A stretch of 64,000 nucleotides of DNA from the IMG/VR virus record IMGVR_UViG_3300020473_000015; one strand, written 5' to 3'. Of the stretch, positions 34,771 through 44,600 are shown piece by piece (the stretch's first letter is position 1; each line of letters begins with the position of its first letter). Source of the DNA: a virus. The notes under the pieces are model-generated. The model searched no databases, was not told the DNA's origin, and worked only from the letters and a program-made list of their open reading frames with translations. Both the position numbers and the translations under genes were made by a program.

Positions 34771-35046
34771 ATGACTGAGCTACAACACACAAATTTATCA
34801 AAACAAGCTGTTGGTGCCGTAATGATGGCACTACAAAAGAGCTTGATGGAACAATCTGATATTGTCCCAGTTTTAGAGAGCTTTAAAATGACAAGCTCGC
34901 CCGAAGGATTAGTGGTATTAAACCCACCAATTGTTAAATTTAATGACGAGTTTGAAGAAAATTTACAACAAAGTCTTGAATTTGATGTAGTTGGTGAACA
35001 ACCTTCAGAGACACGCGTTGATCCATTCCAGACAAGAAAAGATTAA
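34771..35046 (+). CDS. hypothetical protein
   Basis: 91 aa with SD AAGGAG. Confidence 0.8.
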   Translation: MTELQHTNLSKQAVGAVMMALQKSLMEQSDIVPVLESFKMTSSPEGLVVLNPPIVKFNDEFEENLQQSLEFDVVGEQPSETRVDPFQTRKD

Positions 35047-35048
35047 AC

Positions 35049-35300
35049 ATGCCCATATATCTATATGCATGTGACGATTGTTATGGCGAATGGAAAGAAA
35101 GCCATAGCATGACCGAAGAAGTAGAAGAATGCCAATGGTGTGAGTCTAAAAACATTTATAGAAAGCCTAGTTTGTTTTGCAATCTTTCAAAACAGAAAGA
35201 AAATAGAAAACAAAAAGTTGGCTCACACGTTAAAGAATTTATCAAAGATTCTAAAGACGCACTTAAAGAACATAAGAAGGAACTAGAAGAAGCAAGATGA
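35049..35300 (+). CDS. FmdB-family zinc-ribbon protein
   Basis: MPIYLYACDDC...CQWC. Confidence 0.8.
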   Translation: MPIYLYACDDCYGEWKESHSMTEEVEECQWCESKNIYRKPSLFCNLSKQKENRKQKVGSHVKEFIKDSKDALKEHKKELEEAR

Positions 35301-35593
35301 TTGAAATATTGTTAGCAGTATCTATTGTTATAATCATAATGTTAGTTTGGTATATAGTACAATTGCTTAGGCGATTTCTTAATATATCAGAAGAACTAGA
35401 GGGGTTATTTGTTAGCTTAGAAGAATACTCACAGCATGTTGACATTGTTTACAATCTAGAAAGATTTTATGGAGATACAACCTTAGAAAATCTCCTAAGA
35501 CATTCGCAAAACCTCTCCGAAAGAGCAAAGAATTTTAGGGCCACTTATGATGTTAATTATACAGAAGAGGAATACGACGAGGAAAATGAATAG
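35297..35593 (+). CDS. single-pass membrane coiled-coil protein
   Basis: N-terminal hydrophobic helix followed by a heptad-like acidic region. Confidence 0.75.
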   Translation: MIEILLAVSIVIIIMLVWYIVQLLRRFLNISEELEGLFVSLEEYSQHVDIVYNLERFYGDTTLENLLRHSQNLSERAKNFRATYDVNYTEEEYDEENE

Positions 35594-35596
35594 TTT

Positions 35597-36286
35597 ATGG
35601 CCCGAAAAAGAAAAAATCAATACTTTACCAAAGTACACGAACAAGCAATATTAGATTATTGTCTAACCAACGATCCAAAAACAAGAAATGAATTATATAA
35701 CACTCTCATTGGACCAGCCTTTAACGAGATGGTTGATAAGATAGTTTATACGTATAAATTTACCAATCTGCCTAATATAGATTACTTAAAAGAAGATTGC
35801 AAAAATTGGCTTGTAACCATATTAGATAAATATGATGCGAACAGAGGATCAAAAGCATTTTCTTATTTTAGTGTTATAACTAAGAATTGGTTTATTCATA
35901 AGGTCAAAAAAACATCACAGCAATATAGGCGCGAAGTATTAATTGAAAAATATTGTATTTCTAACGACGAAGATATTAATAACAATCACCCTCTAGTCAT
36001 CTATAACACATCGATGCAAGATGCAATTAAAAAAGAATTTTGGGGATTTTTCAAAGAACATGTTGATGTGTGGGAAACACAAGCCACTAGACCAAATGAT
36101 AAGAAAGTTATACAGGCTGTTAAGATCCTTTTTGAAGAGTCCGAAAATATAGAAATTTTTAATAAGAAGGCTATTTACCTATATATAAGGGAAATTACTG
36201 GCTTGAATACAAAGCAAGTTGTAAGTTCTTTAAACAAGATAAGAGTTAAATATAGGGATTTTAAAAAGAAATGGGACGACGAATAG
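35597..36286 (+). CDS. phage sigma factor, T4 gp55-like (late transcription)
   Basis: N-terminal QYFTK..E and sigma region 2-like LDKYDANRGSKAFSYFSVITKNWFI. 229 aa. Confidence 0.75.
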   Translation: MARKRKNQYFTKVHEQAILDYCLTNDPKTRNELYNTLIGPAFNEMVDKIVYTYKFTNLPNIDYLKEDCKNWLVTILDKYDANRGSKAFSYFSVITKNWFIHKVKKTSQQYRREVLIEKYCISNDEDINNNHPLVIYNTSMQDAIKKEFWGFFKEHVDVWETQATRPNDKKVIQAVKILFEESENIEIFNKKAIYLYIREITGLNTKQVVSSLNKIRVKYRDFKKKWDDE

Positions 36287-36576
36287 AAGATGTTAATGAT
36301 TATATTGAAGAATCAATAAAAAATATTAGAGATGATCGATCTGTAACAAGCACCCTCTTAACTGATCTCTTACTAGAGATGAAAAAGACTTCAGATCTTG
36401 AAAACCACAGACAATTAGGCCTTATCGCCTCCAAATACGTTGAAACACTTCAGCGCTCTAATGAGCAGTTAGTTAAAATTACTGCAATATTAAACAAGAG
36501 ACAAGATAATTCGGTAGAGTTAAATGATGAAGACAAAGAAGAACTCTTCAACTTAATACAAGGTGGAGAAAAATAA
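36271..36576 (+). CDS. helical hypothetical protein
   Basis: 101 aa, overlapping the sigma gene by 16 nt. Confidence 0.75.
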   Translation: MGRRIEDVNDYIEESIKNIRDDRSVTSTLLTDLLLEMKKTSDLENHRQLGLIASKYVETLQRSNEQLVKITAILNKRQDNSVELNDEDKEELFNLIQGGEK

Positions 36577-36579
36577 CGA

Positions 36580-39500
36580 ATGGGATATGATGTTCTAAAC
36601 CTTCCACCAGGATATCTTAATGAATTTGATGTGGATGATGTGGATCAAGAGAGCATTGATTTTCAATCAGAGTCTCCCCAGTCTATACTTCAGCGTATAA
36701 AAGATAAAGTTTTTAGCACTAATAAATTTAAAAATTCCCATTCATTGATAGGAATATTGTTGAGGGCAGATAATAAATATTCAGGTCCAGATTGTACGGC
36801 ACAAGATCTTGCAATACAAGGTACACTCAAACCGGGTAAAAAAAAATATAGACTAGACACTTATAAAATTAGGGTACCTGAACTACACTTTATGCTAGCA
36901 GTGCCGAGAAATCTTAAAAAACCAGACAAAAATGATAAACTTATTATTGATTCTTACCCAACGATACAAGCAATTGATACTAGAGTGCAGAAATTTGGAG
37001 TAAGCCCTGGCGACTTAGTGAGAGTTGTATTTGGAAATGCTGGTTCTATGACAAGAATATATTATGCAGGACCATTAGATCCCGGTAATGTTGGAATTAC
37101 AGCTAGGCAATATAAAGATTGTGTTGACCCTTGTATAAAAAAATATCGTGGTGGTGGCTCAACTGGTGATTGTATTGGAAAAAATATAAATTTAGCTGCT
37201 CTTGATAAAGCTACGCCGCTAGCTACAGGCCAAGGCCATACCAAAGACGAAATCATTAACGAAAGCGGATCTTCTTGGCTTGAAGAAATTTTGAAGGATA
37301 ATGCAAACGCTTTCCCTGGTTTAAAATATATTTCTAAATTTTCAGGAAATGGACACGATGACAATGTTGAGATGAAAGATGGTGTGGGGAGAAATACATT
37401 TATTTTTATGCCTAAAGGTGTCGATCCCAAACAAAATTTAGAAATAATATACTTTTTTCATGATAATAATAAATTTTCACCAAATTCAGACACCGAGTGG
37501 AAAAAGATGGGCACCACGTTCACAAAGATGGTGAAAAAGGATAAAAAATTCAATGGTGGAAGGCGAAACATTATTTTTGTTGTCCCTGAGATGCTGTGGT
37601 CTGCTGAAAAAATGTCCAAACCGGGAATTGGTTATAAAAGAATTCAAAGTCAGTCCTCCGCATATAGGGGCGAAAAATTGGCAAGATATAAAGATCGCCA
37701 TTGTCATGCATGGGGCCTTAAACAGCCCGTCTGGGCCGATAACCACAAACTCTTTGTAGGGGGATACGAAGGTAAAGAACCAAAAGGTAAAGGAGACTTT
37801 AAACAGTTCGTCACTGAGGTTAATAAAGTACTAAAAGAAAAATTCAATGTTGATCAAGCTAAAGTACAAAAAATTACTTTAGCTGCTGAACGTTATGGAG
37901 GCGCCGCAATATCAAATCTCGCCCGAAACGGTCTATTAGGTAGTAGTGGCCCACTTGGAGACAAATTAGGAAAAATACAATTATTTCATGCTGATTATAG
38001 CGGCCATGAAAATAATCATTATCATGATAACGATTTATTAGATATTGTTAGCAATGTTAATACAAAAAACGTAGAAATTGAGGTACATCTATCATCTGAC
38101 GGAACTAATCTTGCATCTGAACTACCAAGAAAAGCTTTTGCTGCATTTTTAGGCAAAATATCTTCTCTAACTCAAGAATGGATATCAGACAATAGTGAAA
38201 ATTTATCTGATACATCTAAAGCGGTAATAGATTTGCTTGATGAATATAAAGGCCAATTAAATTTCATAGGTAAACCAACAACACAAAATGTTCAAAGTCT
38301 CAAAGAACAATATAACGCTGGCCGTGAATTTATTAAGTCTAATAAAAATCGCACATTAAGACTTTCAGGCCCATGGGCATTTGTTATTTTTAGGGGAGTA
38401 GCTGCCAAACCTAGCATCGATTGGATATCCTGGTTGGAAGATACAAATGTTCCGACTGCAATTGCATCTAGCGAAATTACAAAAGAAAAGAAAAACGTTA
38501 TAGTTCTTGAAAACTCAAAATTTACCGATCAGGACAAAAAAGCTTTTTCAAAATTTAAGGGGAAAGTATTATTATATAACTCCAAGTGGGGCGCCGACGA
38601 TACAGCTCAATTAAAAGGAAAAACAGCTATTGTAGTACCACAAGGCGCCAATTTATCGGAACCGTATGAATTAATATTTTATTTTCACGGCATCACCAAA
38701 GGAAAGCCGTCTCCAACAAATTGGCGTTCACATGCAGACGGTTTTCACACCGCAATCCAAGCACAACTGAATAAAATGGTTACTGTTCAAAAAAGAAATG
38801 TAGTGTATGTAACCACACAACATAATGCCCATACTGAGATGAAAGCAGAAAAAGCAACATTTGGAAAAGAAAACCAACATTCCCAAGACTTTAAAACCTT
38901 CCTTAAGGATGTAGTAGAAAAAATAAAAGGTAAAGATAATGTGAGTCCACAAGAAGGCTTAGGGGGCTCCGCAAACCCTGAATTTATAACTCTTAAATCA
39001 TTTTCGGGAGGATATTACCCAGTTAGGGCAATTGTTAGCGCCATGACAAACAATAAAATTGCTGGCCACACACTTCAAAGAATAGACTATTTTGATTCGT
39101 TATATGGTCCTAAAGCATATAAGGATGTTTTTGAGAAAATATTCGTTGATCAAAAAAGCTCTTTCAACCCAGGCGTCGATTTTGAAATGCAAGTATATGC
39201 TCACGATACTAGCACAACCGCTGATCCGAACGCAGGAAAGGGAACATGGCAATATGTAAAGCAATTTTATAAGAAAGATGGCTGCGGTAAATTTAATGGT
39301 TGTGCTGAGATAAAGGATGGAGAGGTAGAGGCTAAACTATCAAAACTTGATGGCTTATATTTGGAACAACAAAAAAGTAATCACAAGTACGGAATAGTCA
39401 ACAAGTTTGCAGCAAAGTCACTCTTAGACGCATCAAAAACACCCAAATTTAACCCAATTAAACCCAAAAGTGCTGCAGAAACGATAAAAGCAGCTGATAT

Positions 39501-40617
39501 TCCTGTTGCTTATGATGAGGAAGGCAATGCCTTCAACCATAAAGGTGAACAATTATCCGACTCTTTTGATCTGGAAAAACCTCAATTAAAGTGTGATAAA
39601 GGGCAACTTGACAAGCACAGGCCAAAAACAAAGCCCCCCACAAAAGATGAAGATTGTAGAAAAAAATGTAAAGAAGAGTTAACAACTGGCGCCACAGGCA
39701 CAACGCCCAAGGAAACGAAAGGTGATGTTAATTGTGAAACAAATCCTCTAGGGTTGCTAGACTATGGAAGAAAGAGCGATTTTAATAAGGGCTTAAAAAT
39801 AACTGCAGCCACGACCCCCAAAAGTTGGGGTAAACCAATAATTGGAAGATTTATAAAAAATGTTCTAGAAAACGAAATTTGGACTAGTTTAAACGAGCAA
39901 AACGCCCAATATCCACAAAAAGATGGAAAGACATTACAATGGATTATTAGAGATATATCACCAAAATGGGCCAACGGCATTGATATGATACGTGGACATG
40001 GATCACATAGAGAGGGAATTGATTTTGACATGAATTTGCCTGTCGACTGGGTGAATTCAAAACCAGGAACAAAACAGCCCAAGAGATTTCAGGAACATAC
40101 CGTCAAGGGCGATATTCGTGTAGATTATGATAAATGTATTGCTATGGCGCTATTAACCATCAAACAGCCCGGAATGGCAAATTCAATGTGTTTATGCGGA
40201 GTTAAATCTGTAGAAGGCAAACAAACGCCGCAATGGTATTTTAAAAAATATATTTTACGAAGATGTGATGAGATTATTAACGGAGTTTATGACCAATCTA
40301 TAGAAAGCGGAGGTAGTGGAATGTTACGAGAACCTAATCCAGCATTTAAGAGCTTGTTTTCAGGATTCAATGAGACAACAAAGAAAAAGATTAATAGTTT
40401 TTTCCTTTCTGAGCCTAATCACGAGGATCATTTCCACTTCAGGCTTGGCACTAAAACAGGGAGTCACCAGAAAAAATGGCCCGATAAAGCACTAGAACAA
40501 CTTAAGAACAATGGCTGCGACTATAAAGGGCCACACCCTAAATCTAGGCTGAAGTGGCGAGAGTACGTCGCGCAGCATGGTTATGAGAAACAATCATCAT
40601 TTAAAAGTAAAAAATAA
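36580..40617 (+). CDS. baseplate-associated multi-enzyme protein: N-terminal hub/OB-like region, two alpha/beta-hydrolase-like domains and a C-terminal MepA/LAS-type peptidoglycan endopeptidase
   Basis: IYFFHD..TLAAERYGG and IFYFHG..TLKSFSGG..FDSLYG. RDIS..GHGSHREGIDFD..HEDHFHFR. Located immediately before the spike and baseplate genes. Confidence 0.7.
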   Translation: MGYDVLNLPPGYLNEFDVDDVDQESIDFQSESPQSILQRIKDKVFSTNKFKNSHSLIGILLRADNKYSGPDCTAQDLAIQGTLKPGKKKYRLDTYKIRVPELHFMLAVPRNLKKPDKNDKLIIDSYPTIQAIDTRVQKFGVSPGDLVRVVFGNAGSMTRIYYAGPLDPGNVGITARQYKDCVDPCIKKYRGGGSTGDCIGKNINLAALDKATPLATGQGHTKDEIINESGSSWLEEILKDNANAFPGLKYISKFSGNGHDDNVEMKDGVGRNTFIFMPKGVDPKQNLEIIYFFHDNNKFSPNSDTEWKKMGTTFTKMVKKDKKFNGGRRNIIFVVPEMLWSAEKMSKPGIGYKRIQSQSSAYRGEKLARYKDRHCHAWGLKQPVWADNHKLFVGGYEGKEPKGKGDFKQFVTEVNKVLKEKFNVDQAKVQKITLAAERYGGAAISNLARNGLLGSSGPLGDKLGKIQLFHADYSGHENNHYHDNDLLDIVSNVNTKNVEIEVHLSSDGTNLASELPRKAFAAFLGKISSLTQEWISDNSENLSDTSKAVIDLLDEYKGQLNFIGKPTTQNVQSLKEQYNAGREFIKSNKNRTLRLSGPWAFVIFRGVAAKPSIDWISWLEDTNVPTAIASSEITKEKKNVIVLENSKFTDQDKKAFSKFKGKVLLYNSKWGADDTAQLKGKTAIVVPQGANLSEPYELIFYFHGITKGKPSPTNWRSHADGFHTAIQAQLNKMVTVQKRNVVYVTTQHNAHTEMKAEKATFGKENQHSQDFKTFLKDVVEKIKGKDNVSPQEGLGGSANPEFITLKSFSGGYYPVRAIVSAMTNNKIAGHTLQRIDYFDSLYGPKAYKDVFEKIFVDQKSSFNPGVDFEMQVYAHDTSTTADPNAGKGTWQYVKQFYKKDGCGKFNGCAEIKDGEVEAKLSKLDGLYLEQQKSNHKYGIVNKFAAKSLLDASKTPKFNPIKPKSAAETIKAADIPVAYDEEGNAFNHKGEQLSDSFDLEKPQLKCDKGQLDKHRPKTKPPTKDEDCRKKCKEELTTGATGTTPKETKGDVNCETNPLGLLDYGRKSDFNKGLKITAATTPKSWGKPIIGRFIKNVLENEIWTSLNEQNAQYPQKDGKTLQWIIRDISPKWANGIDMIRGHGSHREGIDFDMNLPVDWVNSKPGTKQPKRFQEHTVKGDIRVDYDKCIAMALLTIKQPGMANSMCLCGVKSVEGKQTPQWYFKKYILRRCDEIINGVYDQSIESGGSGMLREPNPAFKSLFSGFNETTKKKINSFFLSEPNHEDHFHFRLGTKTGSHQKKWPDKALEQLKNNGCDYKGPHPKSRLKWREYVAQHGYEKQSSFKSKK

Positions 40618-40639
40618 TAATGGTATAAGGAGATTATAG

Positions 40640-41635
40640 ATGAGAGGACCACTTAGAAATCCTAAATTGGCTGGAGAAACAAAGGGCAGAAATTACGATA
40701 AAGATGAGTTGGTATATCACATGGGTATCGACGGCGATCCAAATTATTATTATACTCCTGAATTAAATAAGCCACCATTTGGAGAGGTAAATCTGGAAGG
40801 AGTTTACGGCTCTGGTGTCCGTACTGGACCCGATAGAATGAATGAGCGAACTGATCCCTCTACTGGCGAACAGTCTCAATTTGGCGGCGGCTTTGGCGCC
40901 GTTGGCGCATATGGTTGCTCCGCGGTGGATATATATGCAGGATTGGCATCTCACCACACAGCGAGAGGAAAAGTACCAGAGACCCCAGTTAATCCAAGTT
41001 CAGAAAAAGACGCTGCCAGGGTTTATGTTTCTCAAATGTGTGATGTAGATGATATGTTTGGTTTTCCAGATGGAAATCTCGGAAATATAAAATCAAAATC
41101 TGCAGTGGTTGCCAAGGCAGATCAAATACGAATAGAAGGTAGAGAAGGTGTTAAAATTGTTTCAGGGGTTGACATTAAAAACTCTAAAGACGAATATATT
41201 AGATCGGTACCGCCTATTAATCTGATTGCAGGTGGAAATGTTGGAGAGGATAAAATGCACCCAATCCCAAAGGGCAACAATTTGCTTACAGCGCTAGATG
41301 ATATTGTCGACAATATTAATGAATTGAGTGCTATTTTAGATAATTTTTTAATGTTTCAGCATAAGTTTAATACTGCATTGATGTCCCACAAGCATCCTTC
41401 TCCGACTGCTATAGGCATCTCACAAGCCGCGGTAGGCACCCCTACTGCTCTGTGCGGAGGTCAGACGCTAATATCTATGGATTGCGCCGCAGCCGGTTTC
41501 AATGCGCTTGTTAGCGGCTTGTCATGCAAGAAGGATTTAATGCTGCACACAATGCGAAACCAAGGAGTGAAGGTCAGTAGACTTGCTAGATATAGCAACA
41601 AATTTATTAATAGTAGAAGCGTTTATACAAGTTAA
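40640..41635 (+). CDS. baseplate central spike / gp5 C-terminal-like protein
   Basis: SAVVAKADQIRIEGREGVKIV beta-repeat, PKGNNL and an H-x-H metal-tip motif (SHKHP). Supported by gene context. Confidence 0.6.
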   Translation: MRGPLRNPKLAGETKGRNYDKDELVYHMGIDGDPNYYYTPELNKPPFGEVNLEGVYGSGVRTGPDRMNERTDPSTGEQSQFGGGFGAVGAYGCSAVDIYAGLASHHTARGKVPETPVNPSSEKDAARVYVSQMCDVDDMFGFPDGNLGNIKSKSAVVAKADQIRIEGREGVKIVSGVDIKNSKDEYIRSVPPINLIAGGNVGEDKMHPIPKGNNLLTALDDIVDNINELSAILDNFLMFQHKFNTALMSHKHPSPTAIGISQAAVGTPTALCGGQTLISMDCAAAGFNALVSGLSCKKDLMLHTMRNQGVKVSRLARYSNKFINSRSVYTS

Positions 41636-41652
41636 AAAGAAAGAGGCTTAAA

Positions 41653-44600
41653 ATGGCAATTGGCAAATTAGAAAAAGAAATTGAAAAAATATGGAATAGA
41701 TTAAAAGACGAACCAGAAAAAGGCTGGGTTAAATCTGAAAAGAAATATTTTCAAGACAAGGCTGCAGAAACAATCTACAATCCAGATTTAGCTACTTTTA
41801 CAGCCAGCAGTCTCGATATAATAGATAAAAATTGGCCAAAGGAAGGTTGGCCAACTCAGGTGAGTAAATTAAAAAGCTATTATGGAATAGGCCCTTCTGT
41901 GTCAAAAAGCACGCGTGGCACCAATGCAAACGAAAATAGAAATATGGGAGAAAAGCAACATTGGTGGGAAAAAACTAATGCACACATATCAGAAGATAAT
42001 AAATATTATGTAGTACCAGTATTATTTAAAAACATTACTAGTAATAAACACTTAATTGATTACAAAGGTCCCGATGGAAAATATAAAATTGGCTCTCCAT
42101 CGGAAGAAGGAACGCTACTACACAAAGAAACAGAATTTAGTGATTTGTGTAAAAAAGTGGCGCTTAAAAAATTAAAAAAAGATTTACACAAAGCAATGTC
42201 CAATAAACAAATTGAAGATTGGTACAAACAATATGCAATAATACCATCTGACATTAATGTGCCAAGATCTGTCAACCCTCAAACAAATCAGCCCGATATA
42301 GTTACAATAACAAATTCTTGGCGAATCGTCCCTAGAAAGCCGGAATATCAAAACTTATTTGTTAAAGTTTTATTTGATAAGGGCTGGGTAGATTCACTGC
42401 CCCCTGAAGTCGACCCAACCATAGATTATGCAAATACAAATAGAGAAGTGTTGATATTATTAAAAGATTTAAAACAATATCTTACAAATATGACAACCAT
42501 CTTATATCATTTTGACACACAGATGCACAATGCATGGATAGAGAACGGCGTAGAAAGCTCTTTCCAAGGAAAATGTGTTAGTGAACAAATTGGTAAAATA
42601 TATGGCATATTAAGTGACCTTATGGTTAAAAATGGAAAAGCACCTTTAGAGCCGGTATTTGTTTCAAAGAGCTTGGACATGTCTGAAAACGGTGCCTTTC
42701 AATTTGGCTTTACAAAAGATTACGATCTCCAATATATAGCTTTTAGTGATGTTGCGGATTGTCTTTGCGAAGAAGATGTGAACATGAATGCATATGCCCT
42801 TAGAGAAGGCCTCTTAGAAATGAAGATGGCTGGCCCATTTGCAAACAGAACAGTTAATAATTTTATTCATAAATTACCAGATATTAATAGAAGATATTCA
42901 AAATATATAAAAGGTGTCGACAAAGTAAATAATGATTTGTTTGGAACGCAACAATCATATCTTAAGTTTATTAACACATATGTTTATCCAACGCCTGAAA
43001 CAAGCTTTCAAGGCGCTGGCGAGGCAACAAATTTTGAAAAAATGTGGCTTGGTACAATGGCTACGTTTGATGAGTTAAAAAATCCACTTTGGAAAGATGC
43101 CCTTTTTACTGGAAAATATGTAAAAGATCCCCTTCAGCTTATGAGCCCAGAGGTTAAAAACATGATTGTTGGTGCGTCAAATGCCACATATATAACCACT
43201 GGCGATTCTGTAATGATGAAGGCACTAACGGATGATTTAAAATCAATAACGGCTTTATATGATAAATTGCTGCATAAAATACCGATATCCGAACTTTTAA
43301 AAGTGGCCGGAAAAATGATTTTTCAATGTCTAGGTCCAGACGTCAAACGAAAAATATGTAAGGTAATATTAAAGACCATTCCCATAGGTGAATTAAGGAT
43401 GGTTCTTTATCCGTGCCTTCGAAATGTTGAAAATGGAGATCTTGCAATTGCAAAATTAGAAGAAATGGTCACAGGTCGCACCGGAGAAGTTTACAAGATC
43501 GCATCATCTAGATATCCAGATAAATTCCCTGCCAATGCTGATCAATGGACACAAGCCCAAGCGCTAGCATCCATGACTTCAATGTATTGTTCTGATCCCT
43601 ATATGCAAAAAAAGCTTGGAAGATCTCCCGACGACTTTAATGATGAGTTGGCTGCTTGGGCTGATACCGAAGCTACAGATGCCATTTGCAGCTGCGTGAT
43701 ACAACTATATGGGCCTATTGGTGAAATATTAGAGCAAGCGCAAGAGGTCGCAGACGATGTTATTGATGGGATGATGTCTTCTTCTAAGAAAAAGGCATAT
43801 AATCTAGAAAGAGAAGCAACTTTAGCTATAGATAGAATGTTGAATCCCATTAAACGTTATTTAGATGGCGGTAATATGATGAAAGATCTTGCTGATGCGT
43901 TTGTAAAGGGCCTTCAAGACATGGCTATGTCTCTTGTTTATGCAACTGTCATGGTGCTAATAAAATATGTTAAGGATCAAGTACTTGGTAGCTTAACTAG
44001 AGATTTGTGTAATTCTCCAAACGGTTCTCCTTTTGGATTTACAGGCCCAGGCGATTGGCTGAGAAACTCTACAATCTATAAAGATAAGGATCAACAGCAA
44101 GTTTGGGATGTTATGAAGAATTTTGAGGCAAAACATTTTTTCAATGCTGATATTCAAGGCGCCTTTGACACTAGCCGTTGGGACAAACTATCTTTTGCGT
44201 TTTCACCAAGCGAGTTTAAAAGAATGTTTGCAAATCCTTGCGCAGACACATCTTTTACTAAAGAACTTGAAATTGTTTCTGATATTTTCACACCAGACAA
44301 AACTAAAGCGGAAATGGAAGAAAACTTTCCAGGAGAATCAGTTGATGCAATTGCTGCACAAGTTGGTTACGATCCAACAAGAAAAAATCAATTTTACAAT
44401 CATGACGGTACAACAGTCAATTTAGAGGGACTCATTACTACAAACCAAGCACGCGATTTTATGGTTGAGGTTGGCTCCCATATTGATCCAAACATAATTG
44501 AGGATGCACAAGCACAATATCATCAGTATTCTAATGCATGGGCTGAATTGTGCTTGCCGGGAATTCCGGAAGAATTGTCAAAAACGATTGACCCAGAAGA

